A DNA stretch of 64,000 bases from Octopus vulgaris (lineage: Eukaryota): contig OX597825.1 of the NCBI GenBank assembly GCA_951406725.2, positions 11,966,001 to 12,030,000 of the forward strand, given 5' to 3'. The translations under genes were made by a program, and so were the position numbers. This document shows, one piece after another, positions 26,950 to 39,383 of the stretch (positions within the stretch are counted from its first letter, which is position 1; each line of letters starts with the position of its first letter). A model generated the notes under the pieces. That model saw nothing but the letters and a program-made list of their open reading frames with translations. It did no database searches and was not told the origin of the DNA.

Positions 26950-27161
26950 AGGTATCTCATGTTTTATTTCCGTGCATATTTGAGATAGTGCCCCCGTTTG
27001 TGGCAAATACTCAAAACTAAATTGTTTATGGAAGCAAAAACTTATCAGACTGCCAGACTGCTTGTAGCAGACTAGTGGTTTCCAACGGTTTGAAGTTCTC
27101 TTTTTGAGCGTGCTCAAAAAAAAAATAAAGTAAAAGGGAAAAAAATGGAATTTACGCTCGC

Positions 27162-27192
<31 letters not shown>

Positions 27193-27243
27193 ACAATGAA
27201 AGCGAACCGAACTCTACCCTTATATTCATTTGCAACCAATTGT

Positions 27244-27460
27244 TTCTTCTTCTTCTTCTTCTTCTTCTTCTTCTTCTTCTTCTTCTTCTTCTTCTTCTTC
27301 TTCTTTTTTGTTCTTCTTTTTCTTCTTCTTCTTCTTCTTCTTCTCTTCTTCTTCTCCTCTTCTTCTTCTACTACTTCTACCACTACTACTACTACTTCTA
27401 CTACTACTACTACTACTACTACTACTATCACTACTACTACTACTAGTACCACCACCACCG

Positions 27461-27547
<87 letters not shown>

Positions 27548-27592
27548 TCTCATCGCAGCTACTACCAGCGCTACTACTGCTACTTCTACTAT
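27244..27592. repeat. (CTT)n-(CTA)n-(CCA)n compound microsatellite
   Basis: Seen directly. Confidence 0.98.
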
Positions 27593-27918
27593 GGCAAATC
27601 TAGTTGTTTCTGTAGTATTAAACATTTCCACCGCTACTAGTAAAACGGAAGTCACTGGCTACTGCTGCTTGACAATCCAATTAAGCAGCATTTATATGTG
27701 AAACGTGTAATTAAAATTATGACTCAGCGCACACAATACAGTAATATGGACTCTGCTGGAGAAAAACCAGATTGTTACGGTTGAGATGGCATTCATAACA
27801 TATTGCACGAGTGCTGAAATGCAGACAAATACCAATTACGATTCATCATGTGAACCTCTAAGTAAGAATAGCAGATATATTCTAAACTGAAATCTTATTC
27901 TAATATTCTTATTTAAAG

Positions 27919-28050
27919 CAGTGGTTCTCACCCGAGGTACACATGGCCCTTAATGGTCCTTATAAGATTTTTGTTGTTAAAATTTATGTGCAGTAAAGCG
28001 GATATGCTTCTAACAACATCACCAATAACAGTTGTCAGCCACAAGGAAAA
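27919..28050 (+). mobile_element. Possible hAT-MITE terminal fragment
   Basis: Starts CAGTGGTTCTCA, a typical Charlie/MER5-type TIR; no partner end found. Confidence 0.3.
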
Positions 28051-28065
28051 AGGGAAAAGCTCGTC

Positions 28066-28106
<41 letters not shown>

Positions 28107-28107
<1 letters not shown>

Positions 28108-28333
28108 TTTATTTAAAGCAGCAGAAAATTCAACAAAACCTGTTACTCTGAGTTTCACGTTGCCGTTCATTGGACAGTTTTTTCTAGCAAAAACTGTCCG
28201 ATGAACGGCAACGCGAAACTCAGAGTAACAGGTTTTGTTGAATTTTCTGCTGCTTTAAATAAAGCATATTACTCTACCACTGGTATTTGAGTACTCTTTT
28301 TTCCACCTTATTTCACATTTACGTGTTTACTCC

Positions 28334-28335
<2 letters not shown>
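28107..28335 (+). mobile_element. Fold-back element (~76-bp arms) carrying mirrored hammerhead-like motifs, embedded in (TA)n
   Basis: 28107-28182 pairs with 28189-28264; motif CTGT-CCGATGA-ACG(GCAA)CGC-GAAA-CTC(A)GAG-TA-ACAG at 28194-28231. Confidence 0.8.
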
Positions 28336-28374
<39 letters not shown>

Positions 28375-28386
<12 letters not shown>

Positions 28387-28605
28387 ATATGTTTTTGTGT
28401 CTCTGTTTGTCCCCCCCCCACCATCGCTTGACAACCGATGCTAGTGTGTTTGCGTCCCCGTCACTTAGCGGTTCGGCAAAAGAGACCGATAGAATATGTA
28501 CTAGGCTTACAAAGAATAAGTCCTGGGGTCGATTTGCTCGACTAAAGGCGGTGCTCCAGAATGGCCGCAGTCAAATGCCTGAAACAAGTAAAAGAGTAAA
28601 AGAGT
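28375..28605 (+). mobile_element. SINE family A, 3' half
   Basis: CCATCGCTTGACAACCG...GAAACAAGTAAAAGAGTAAAAGAG. Confidence 0.85.
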
Positions 28606-29444
28606 ATGTGTTTTAAAGCACGGAATGGCTACGAGGGGACATCCAAGTAAATAAGGAAATAAAGGGAGCCATAGGTAAAAAAAAAAGGTGAGAACAATTG
28701 AATTAAAGGTGAACACTACACTGAATAACGTAGTGCTATATAACACCAAAAACGATGGGATGTTCACGTTTGGAATGTCTATGGTAATAGGTTTTCTCAA
28801 CGACAACTTGCATAGGACTAAAGAACAACGACAGCAATAGTACCACCATCACCACCGTTCACAACATAAGGAAGTACCACAAATACTATTTCTACTTACA
28901 AATTACCTACAAACAGATAAATGTCTGAATAGATGTAAGAGAGAAAAAAAGAACAGAAATATGACAAATACTAAGAAACCGTTACACAGCCCATCTAATA
29001 AATATATATAATATGTTTAGCGAAGAACTTCAATGAAAATATTATGAACATCTAGAATAATGAAAGTGTCAATCAAAAATACTTGAGTGACTTAAATCAG
29101 TCTCAAACCCAAACAGAGAAAAATAAGAATATCATTAACAAATAAATTCATTGAAAGAGATGTCAGGAAAAAAATACCAGGAAAAGTAGTAGAAAATTTT
29201 ATTAGTAAAACTATAAGCAACACCGAAAAAATTGTGATATATCACAACAAAACCAAAAGGAACATAGAGACTGTGTTATAGACTTTAATTGCAAATCGCA
29301 GTATTATATCCTTCTACTTAATGTTCTGCAGCGAGACTCTAAATGTATTGAGTGAATCTCATTAGGACGAATATTTCTTCTGAAATATGTTTATGTATCA
29401 GATGCATTGAATCCCTCAAGCGACATTGCTTTGAACTGCATAAC

Positions 29445-29790
29445 TGTATGTATACATATATAGATATATATGTTTGTATGTATGTATGTATATACATATA
29501 TATATGTGTGTGTGTATATGTATATATGTATATGTATATATATATATTTATATATATATATGTATATATATGTATATATGTATATATATATATATATACA
29601 TATATATACATATATATGTATATATATATATGTATGTATGTATATATATATATTTATATATATGTATGTATGTATATATATATATTTATATATATGTATA
29701 TATATATATATCTTTAAATATATTTATATACATATACACATATATATATATATGTGTGTGTATATGTGGATATATATACACGAGCATGTG
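29445..29790. repeat. Degenerate (TA)n/(TATG)n tract
   Basis: Seen directly. Confidence 0.97.
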
Positions 29791-29939
29791 TATAGATATA
29801 TGCGTCTATATATACTCACACAGACATACACATTGAGGTATGTCTGTACATAGGTAGTTAAACATACATGCACTGCACACAATCACACGCAGAAAAACAG
29901 ATGCACAAACACTCACATATATAAGTGAGGGAGAGTGAC

Positions 29940-29971
<32 letters not shown>

Positions 29972-30540
29972 GGAGAGAAGAGAGAGAAAGAGAGGAAGAG
30001 AGGGAGAGGGAGAGTGAATGAGATAAAGCGACAGGTAAATATAAAGATTGAAAGCAGATAATCGTTTCTATTAGTCAACCAAAACCTAACAAATTTTTAG
30101 ATGTGATCTACTAATGTTCTGTAACATCAACAATAATCGTATTTATACGAATCCATTATTACTTTTAAAAAAAGACAACTTACAAAATTTCAGTTGATTC
30201 TATACTTAAGATTGTCAACTTACAAATAATTTTAACCGAAACAAGTTTTCCCTCTACTGTAATCTCAACAACTCTGTCCATTATATATATATACATTGAC
30301 TTTTACAACAAAAACTTTACTCATCTATGTAAAAAAAATATCTCCCTTATATCTTTCCATTTTATCTCCCAAAGTATCAGCATTCAGCGGTATTTTAAAG
30401 TATCATAGTGATATGCTATCCCAGGGTGACAAACACGATCGCACAGGGGGCCAAAACTCAAAAGAGCTCTTTAGGTCGCGGGCCGAACAGGATAATATCT
30501 ATTGAACAGTTTAAAACTTTTGAAACATGAATGTGTATTT

Positions 30541-30950
30541 CTTTCTTTTTTTCTTTTTAATTGTTTTCAGTCATTTGACTGCGGCCATGCTGGAGCACCG
30601 CCTTTAGTCGAGCAAATCGACCCCGGGACTTATTCTTCGTAAGCCCAGTACTTATTCTATCGGTCTCTTTTGCCGAAACGCTAAGTGACGGGGACGTAAA
30701 CATACCAGCATCGGTTGTCAAGCAATGCTAGGGGGACAAACACAGACATACAAACCCCCACACGAACATATATATATATACATATATACGACAGGCTTCT
30801 TTCAGTTTCCGTCTACCAAATCCACTCACAAGGCATTGGTCGGCCCGGGGCTATAGCAGAGGACACTTGCCCAAGATGCCACGCAGTGGGACTGAACCCG
30901 GAACCATGTGGTTGGTTAGCAAGCTACTTATCACACAGCCACTCCTGCGC
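30541..30950 (-). mobile_element. SINE family A, full length, nested in the hAT element
   Basis: Near-identical to 646-1082. Confidence 0.9.
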
Positions 30951-31166
30951 TATTGAAACAGATAGTATATCATTTTTTTCCAGAAGTAAATTAACTTTAA
31001 CTTAAATTGCCTAAAATATTTTGCTCTGCATTAATGTCTTCTGTCAAAATTATACAAATTTAAAATAAGAACGTTGCAAAAAAAAAGAAAGAAAATATAA
31101 ATAAAAAATGTGTATTTTAGTGAAAAAATGCGTATGTATATGTGTGTATATATGTGTGCGTTCGGG

Positions 31167-31640
31167 CAAATCAGTAGCCATCTCACACACCTGATCAGCA
31201 AATGTATTCCTACTAATAATCACAACAAACGGTTGCTTCTGGTCTGGAGACAAAACGTCACACATTTTCAGCATGCATCTCTTCACAAACTCTCCTTAGG
31301 TAAATGGTTGGGCAGATTTTGCGATTTCCTCTGCCACAATAAAACTTGTTTTAACACCAGCTTCACTTTGTGATTTTGCTTTGGTTAAAAAAATCTGTTG
31401 TAATGTGACATTCCTCTTCAACTCGTCTACCTTTCGTTGCTTCTGCTCAGCAGTGAGTTATTTATATTTGTCCTGATGTTTTGTCTTGTGGTGGCGCTTG
31501 AGATTATATTTTTCAAGTACAGCAACATTAGCACCACAATTAAGACACACAGATTTGCCATCAACGTCAGTGAACATGTACTCTGTTTCCCACCGGATTT
31601 GAAAGGCTCTGTTTTCAGCATCGACATTTCTCTTGGCCAT
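31167..31640 (-). pseudogene. hAT transposase N-terminus relic (GTF2IRD2/EPM2AIP1-like, BED-type zinc finger)
   Basis: MAKRNVDAENRAFQIRWETEYMF...VCLNC...YNLKRHHKTKH, then EAGVKTSFIVAEEIAKSAQPFT*GEFVKRCMLKMCDVLSP...SRNTFADQVCEMATDL; stops and frameshifts; no DDE domain. Confidence 0.88.
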
Positions 31641-33011
31641 TGATATAAATAATTACTATTACCGAATGACGTCATGTGAAAATGAAAATGACCATCTGAA
31701 AGAGCTGTTGCAGTGCATTATGGGATTAGTAGATTTTGCGTCATCAGCGCTTCATAACACGCGATTAGAGAAACGAAGGAGGTGTTCCCCATCATGCTTT
31801 GTTGAAGTTACGTTTAAGACATGTAACTGTGTTATCATGCCTCTTTAATGTGTTTTTGTACAGACAATGTGTAATAGTCAAAATGGCGTTGCTTCTGGTC
31901 GTGGTGACGCCCTTAGTGAGAAAGGTAGTGCAGTCAGTATTATATATAATGTAATGATCGCCACAGACTATGTAACAAGAAGGCATGGGTGTTGCTGAGG
32001 GTAGCAAAGTAATCTATTTGCTGATATCGCCATTTGGACCAATTTCATCCTGATATCAAAATGATCCCGCGGGCCGCATGAAATTGTGGCAGAATCCCGC
32101 GGGCTGGGAATTTGCCTTGTCTGTATTAGGCCAATGAAGTGTCTCTTTTAAGATATTAAGGTGAGCTATGCAAAGAAGAACATCCTCAGTTCTTTAATAA
32201 AAGCGAAAAGCAAATGCAAGGACGCCTAATTGTTTTTTGAGTGTCTTTCATTCAGCCTTCTAAGGATGTCGAATTGTCATACAAGTTGGTGACTTAGAAA
32301 TACTCGACCACAGTTCGTAGACAATGAGTGAAAAGTCACTTTTTCAAGACGTTAAGTTAAAATGTAACTTCTAAATCATTCAGTGCTGACACGAACAGAG
32401 ACGAATATGTTCACGATTCATTTATAGCCGAAATTTCCCAGAAAACAAAATTCTAGAATTAATTTGAGTTGCTGTTGAAACTCGTAATTCTTTCATATTG
32501 TCTGACTTTCTTGATGAAAATACTGCTGTAAATTGGCTGCGGTAAATTGGCTAAGCTTACCTCTAGTGCAAATGCACCACGTGGTGGACAAAAGTGTTGT
32601 TTACCAAGGAATTTTCAACAATATCAGAATTGTACAAACAGAGATATTATTTGTTTGTAGTGTAAGATGTATGATAAAAAACCAAGCTTTTAATCTCTGT
32701 CTAATAGATACCAGTAAAACTTTTGTTGGAAAGAAACTCTATCGATAAAAGAATTAATTGTAATCTCTAAGTCGGCTGTGCTTAACTAAATGCGTACAAA
32801 AGACGATAAGAGCATGGCATCAGTAGCTTCAGTTAATTTCATTATGCCAATTAAAAAATGTGGACAAAAATAAAATTAAAGGTAGATGATTTTACGTGTG
32901 TTTAAACACGCTTATTCATACCTGGATCTACAAAATTAAATTTAAAATTTACGCATACTGAATCAAAATATGTTATGATTACACGCTTGCCCACTGCTCA
33001 GCCTAAGCCAA

Positions 33012-33035
33012 TCTCTCTCTATATAAACAGCAAAA

Positions 33036-33068
<33 letters not shown>

Positions 33069-33392
33069 CCTTTACACAAATCCACAATTTTTCAGTTAGA
33101 GGGCTCGCGCTTTCCATGGTCATTCAAAACCGTCCAAGATAGTCGTACACATCTTTACATTTCCCCAGTCAACCCGCAAAGCCATTAAAAAATTAATAGA
33201 AGTGCCTGTTTTGTGAATGTTCTATCCAAAACCCATTCAAAATGCCCGAAACTTGATACGCCAATTGAATGCCAGCTATCTCTATGTGATTGGTCGGAGA
33301 TTTGGGCTGTACCCGCGTGTATGTGCGCACGCACGCAGCTGTATATGCATGCACTAGCACTATGACCCGGCGTTGCCGGGTCATAGTACTAG
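33012..33392 (+). mobile_element. Non-autonomous Helitron-like element with extended terminal palindrome
   Basis: A|TC start, CTAG|T end, (TG)n near 5' end, 19-bp-arm hairpin at 33353-33393. Confidence 0.75.
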
Positions 33393-33559
33393 TTAGCTAA
33401 TAAAATATTTTCTTGCAGTATATTTTGTGCTTTCGAACATATTGATGATATGGTAAGGTCAATTCAGTTCTTCTTTAAACATCTTGGTTGCCGTCTTTAA
33501 ACTGCTGTGTATTTCCCCACAAACTTATTCATAAAAACGAGTTGGATGGCTCCCATATC

Positions 33560-34010
33560 TGCTTAGAGATAATCATCAGATATGGCAAGAAATTAGTGGA
33601 AGATAATAACAACGGCATCTAAATTCCTAAAAGTTCCTTGACGCTGAATAACGATAAATGGGATTTTTGAACTAAATCTATATGTAATCTAGTTTATCAA
33701 ATTAGCCATAATGAATTGTGTGCTGACCTTTCAGGTTTATATCCACTTAAAATAATGCCCATGTTAACTAATGTGAGACCCTATCTTGTTATGTCTGTTA
33801 TTATATCTAATGTGTGTATTCTTCTCTTCTTTGAAGAAAATTCGCCCTTTAATGAGAGATCAAATTCCGGTCATACAGGAATTTGTAACGGCAATGAATA
33901 TCAATAATGAATAAAGGGATATTGGAGAGACTGTAGAACTTACAATAGGAAAACAAATACCGGTTGATATCGAAATAAATACTGATTTTTCAGATATTAA
34001 TCCTGCTGAG
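33560..34010 (+). pseudogene. Possible highly decayed Penelope-like reverse transcriptase fragment
   Basis: KSSLTLNNDKW..., ELCADLSGLYPL and IEINTDFSDIN weakly echo PLE RT motifs (RKSLLFNN..W, AEVCELVGLYLL, TDFLDIT); LIDTSKTFVGK near 32700 may be an upstream part. Confidence 0.35.
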
Positions 34011-34469
34011 AAGAGCAATGATTAGGAACCTGTAAATTATGTAAAATGTCGAGAATGTTAAAACCTATGCCAATACCTTTGTGGCTCATGTTTGCTAGAG
34101 AGATTTGATGAGAAATCCGTAGTTTATACATTAGATACAGTACACAAAAAATCTATGAATACACGTCGTACCTAAATGAAGCATTAGATACAACGTATGT
34201 TATTTATTTCTGCATTCTGCTATTTGAATTCAAATATTGTCGACGTCAGTCATATCCTTCAGTGTTTTCGGAGTCGATAATCAAAATTCGAGTCCACAAG
34301 ATTTTTTTTTATATGCGTACATCTATGTGTGTATCATTCTGTCAGTGTTTGTTCCCATCTTTAGCTTGACAACTGGTGTCGGTTTGTTTACGTCCATAGA
34401 TTAGCGGTTGGCAAAAGACACCAATAAAATAAGTACCGGGTTAAAAAAACAGAACTATTGTGATACAGT

Positions 34470-34662
34470 TATATATTTAAGAGATGAGGAATTATATACG
34501 TTATTTACATTAATTCCATTATTTACATTCAACGGATATTTGCCCTCATCTTGTTTGTTGTTAACACAACATTTCGGCTGATATACCCTCCAGGCGTCTT
34601 CAGGTGTCTTAACAACAAACAAGATGAGGACAAATATCTGTTGAATGTAAATAATGTAAATA
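34470..34662 (-). mobile_element. Fold-back element with hammerhead-like motif in the spacer
   Basis: Arms 34518-34564 and 34609-34655; minus strand ACAC-CTGAAGA-C-GCCTG(GAGGGTATAT)CAGCC-GAAA-TG-TT-GTGT at 34564-34607. Confidence 0.65.
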
Positions 34663-34795
34663 ATCATTATTGCGGTCCATTCATTCGACTAAAGTACCTA
34701 AATACTGCTGTACAGTAGTAAATCTAATGTGACTGCATTACAGGAGATGCAATATAGTAACACCACAAAGTATTATATCATTACAAGTGAGACTA

Positions 34796-35372
34796 AGGCG
34801 GCGAGCTGGCAGAAACGTTAGCACGCCGGGCGAAATGTTTAACGGTATTTCATCTGTTCAGAGTTCAAATTCCGACGAGGTCGACTTTGCCTTTCATCCT
34901 TTCGGGGTCGATAAATTAAGGACCACTCACGCACTAGGGTCGATGTGATCGACTCAACCCGTTTGTCGGTCCTCGTTTGTCCTCCATGTGTTCAGCCATT
35001 TGTGGGTAGTAAAGAAATAGGTATTTCGTCTGTCGCTGCGTTCTGAGTCCAAATTCCGCCGAGGTCGACTTTGCCTTTCAACCTTTCGGGGTCGATAAAT
35101 TAAGTACCAGTTACGCACTGGAGTCGATGTTATAGACTTAATCCGTTTGTCTGTCTTTGTTTGTCCTCTCTGTGTTTATCCCCTTGTGGGTAGTAAAGAA
35201 ATAGGTATTTCACTCATTTTCACATTCTGAGTTCAAATTTCGCCGTGGTCAACTTTGCCTTTAATCCATTCGGAGCCGAAAAATTATATATCAGTTGCGT
35301 ACTGGAGTCGACCTAATCGACAGGCTCCCTCCCTCAAAATTTCGGGCTTTGTGCCCATTACGGAAAGGATTA
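34796..35372 (+). mobile_element. Trimeric SINE family B concatemer (head-body-tail2, body-tail2, body-tail1)
   Basis: Three bodies joined at AAAGAAATAGGTATTTC (~35011-35027, ~35196-35211). Confidence 0.88.
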
Positions 35373-35720
35373 TTACAAACCAGATTTAAAAATCAATGTC
35401 AATAAAATTGATGCAATATTTTAATATAATTTTATGACTGTTTGTTTTATTTTTTCGAAAACATTACTATATCAGAATAAACGAAAATTATATTATAGTA
35501 TATACTTTTCACAATTTGCTGTCTGATTGTCCGGATATAATACTATAGCAACTTCATGCAAGCACCGAAAAGTATATATTTTAACCAAAGTTACCCATTA
35601 TAGAATATATTGCTATGCATGAATGGTTATTTCCGATTATAGCCAAGAAAAATGCATTTCTGCGAAAAAATGTAAGTCAATGTCTTTTATACACACATAT
35701 ACAGACGCGCGTACATACAG

Positions 35721-35760
<40 letters not shown>

Positions 35761-35983
35761 CGTGTGTATATGCATTTCGTCCATCTTTTCCATTAAAAAC
35801 TTTAAGTGAAGTTTTATTAGCTTATCCTGTGTGAATTGGGACTGATTCCGTTCCATCGTAGATGGCAAAGTTTAAATTACTTAGCTAGAACTTTGTAGTT
35901 CTTTATATGTACACACATATAGCCATGCACACATACAAACACGCACACACACACACACAAACACAAACAGAAGCACATATATG

Positions 35984-36044
<61 letters not shown>

Positions 36045-36132
36045 CTACATATAATATATATATGTATGTATGTATATCTATATATATATATATATATGTA
36101 TATCTACATATAATATATATATATACATTTTG

Positions 36133-36185
<53 letters not shown>

Positions 36186-37584
36186 CTATATAAATATATA
36201 TATACATACACACATACATATATAAATATATATGTATATCTTTCTATCTATCTAACTATCTATCTATATATTTTGTTTCCGGGGTTAAATAAAAAGGCAA
36301 CAAACGGAAAATATGATACACCTATATATATATTATTTAAAAAATATGTGTAGTAAATAAACAAACAAACATATACTTAATACACAGAGGAAAAGAAAAC
36401 ACAGACGGTCTCCAATTCTTCATTAGTAATCGGCCAGAGTGGTCAAACGCAATTTCAGCCATTATCGATTATATTGCTTCAACTCTGGAGGCACCGAAAA
36501 GAAATTTTCCTATGGATAGGACTAACACATAACAAAGCGAGACGGACTCGAGACGAGACCGTTACTTGACGGACGAGGGGCATTATAATAAAGAGAATAA
36601 AGGCTTAAGGCTTCACGAAGACAACAATTAAGCCTTGGGGCTGCAAGACAAGGCAAAAGTGGATAACATGAATGAGAGATGAAAATTGTACAATAGGACC
36701 ATAGACACGGGAGGCGTAGAGCGAGGAGTTCAGAAAATCGTGTCGAGTGCGGTCGAAGGAAACGCGAAAAAGAATGACTCCGCCTTGCGTTGTCACAGGT
36801 CACGTGATACTGGGAAGAAGGTAACAGAAAGAGAAAGAGAGAGAGAGAGAGTGAGTGAAAGAGAGAATGAAAGGAAATTAAAAGAAGCAAAGTGAAGGAA
36901 AGAGACAGAGCGGCATAAAAGTATTGCAAGAATATTTCTACAAATGGACAAAAAGTAAATGAGTGCGTGCGTAACATAAATAATATTTTCATTATAAAGG
37001 CTGAAATTTCGTTTGACCCCTCTAACCGATAACTGATGAAGAATTGGAGACCTGTGTTTTCTAAAATAGTGTACATTTAAGCACAAGAGAAACTACCTTT
37101 AACAGGTAATTTTACATGCTAGAAGTAGCAGTATAAACGACCAAAGCCACATTTAAGTGCAATTTCTAAGGAAATGAAGAATAAAAACTTTTGGCTTGTT
37201 ATTGTTTTACGGTAATACCTAGATTTCGAATTTTTATAGAAAATAAAATAATTTGCTAGGCGAAATTCTCATCAGTAACCGCGACATAACATTAACATAT
37301 AATTTAGAGACAATTAACACGTATCTCCTCATATGTTATAATTCATCAAATTCACCGCGCAAGCGTGGTTACAGTCGGCAGGAATAGACAAATGACGAAC
37401 TGATCTTCGAAATGCTAAAAATCATATACGTAAAATATATAGGGTAGCGAATATTGTTAGAAATTTGAGTACCAGTGGCAGAACATGTATAAAAATGTCA
37501 ATAGACAACACAAGAGGAACTACATTTAACAGGTAATTTTACACGCTAGAAGACCAAAACCACATTTAAGAGCAATTTCAAAGG

Positions 37585-37698
<114 letters not shown>

Positions 37699-39002
37699 CT
37701 GCAAATATTTAGAAAATATGTGATAACACTTTTAATTTGTTATAGATTTTAAATAAAGTTGTGTCAAATCATTGGACTATTGGAATATTCTAGAGATATA
37801 TATTCACAATCTGTTTCAGATAATTCATATATAAAACTTTCATGCAAGCTTTTTTCACTTAATTATTTTAAGTTGAGTGTTTGAAATATTCTGATGTCTA
37901 AGTAATATTTCTTTCCAAATATTTCGTTGCTTGTGATTAGATTACAAATAAAATGTTATTAAAATTTTGTTTATTTCTGATTAATAATGGTTCATAAACA
38001 TCAAATTTGGTTTTAAATGAATTTATATTAAAATCTAATAAAAAATAATTAAACTATTAATTTACTTAAAGCAAATATAACATAAAATTTAATAAGAAAG
38101 TTAACAAATTTGAACTCAAGATCAATACTTTTTTTTGACAGAAACACAAGGGTTATATAAAATGCAAATTTGACATTTCGAGACAACTCAATTAAAACGG
38201 AAATATAACATGAAACTGAAAGTAATTGTTTATTGTTTTAAAATTTTTGATGTAGACATATTTGGAAAGGATTTTCACTTTAAGCACGTGAATGTATGTA
38301 AATGACAATACACTATAAATAGAGATTTGATAAGATTTAAATGGTTAGCTTTCTCTAGATTGTTCTTCTCGTATTATTAACGTTACTTATCAGTGACGTA
38401 CGGGAGAGACCTCACGAAGGTCTACTAAGAAGTAAACCAATAGGTTTCAGCCGCTGTTGCATTCGTAGTTTAATCCTTGTATTAGATATATAAGGTCATA
38501 ATATATCTCTCCCATGGCTATAATATGTCTTAATATACAAACACATTACAGGTTTAGGTGGCATTTAATGTAGAATAATAAATTCGACAGCTGATGAGCA
38601 TTTTAGAATAATGAAATAGCGTCGTACAATGTCACGTACTGTTGTAAGTCTCAAGAAAATAAATTGCATTTCCGGCTCAGTGATGTCTAATATCATTTAT
38701 AATTTATCTTTTATTTCCTTCAGTCATTGAACAGCAACCATTCTGTGTAACCGACTTTAGTGGTTTAGTCGAAAAGAAAATCGACTCTTGTTTTTAAAGC
38801 CTTCTATGCAACGTATGCTGGCAATGGTCAACTTGTTTAAATTATCACCAATACTGCTACACACAGCAGTATAAAAGATTCCTCGACCTGAATTACCTTC
38901 CCCTTTCATGTATGTATGTATGCATGTATGTATGTATGCATGTATGTATGTATGTATGTATGTATGTATGTATGTATGTATGTATGTATGTATGTATGTA
39001 TG

Positions 39003-39059
<57 letters not shown>

Positions 39060-39063
<4 letters not shown>

Positions 39064-39370
39064 AATTGCAGCGTGGAAGCTGTTTGTAAGCCATTTAAGA
39101 AACACACAAAAGCCGTTCGATTCACTTCAACATGTAAGTTTAATTTGTCAAAATATTTTCGTCGCTATAAGATCGCAACCTGTTCACTGACAAAAATCCG
39201 TGCGGTGTTATAGCGACGAAATTATTTTGACAAATTAAACTTAAATGTTGAAGTGAACCGAACGGCTTTTGTGTGTCTTAAATGGCTTACAAACACCTTC
39301 CATGCTGCATTTGTTTTCGTTCCAGCACACGATCTTAGATCAAATCACTTGCTATGCAAGTAAATCTCCG
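39060..39370. mobile_element. Fold-back element (~110-bp arms) in (TA)n, with variant hammerhead-like motif
   Basis: 39060-39170 pairs with 39208-39316; minus-strand motif at 39144-39194; ends CTCCG plus (TA)n like 28107-28335. Confidence 0.8.
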
Positions 39371-39383
39371 TATATATATATAT

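Larger units (their letters stand above)
30422..32123 (-). mobile_element. Internally deleted hAT (Charlie/SPIN/Buster-type) DNA transposon
   Basis: CAG-starting termini with subterminal GCGGGCCG motifs at both ends (30422-30485, 32065-32123); encloses the transposase N-terminal relic; TSD only weakly preserved. Confidence 0.65.

Noticed and set aside
28870-29310. A-rich stretch possibly from a decayed Penelope-like ORF
   Set aside because: No motif clear enough to support a call.
36522-37076. 184-aa minus-strand ORF
   Set aside because: Passes through a (CT)n tract, has biased composition and no recognisable domain.
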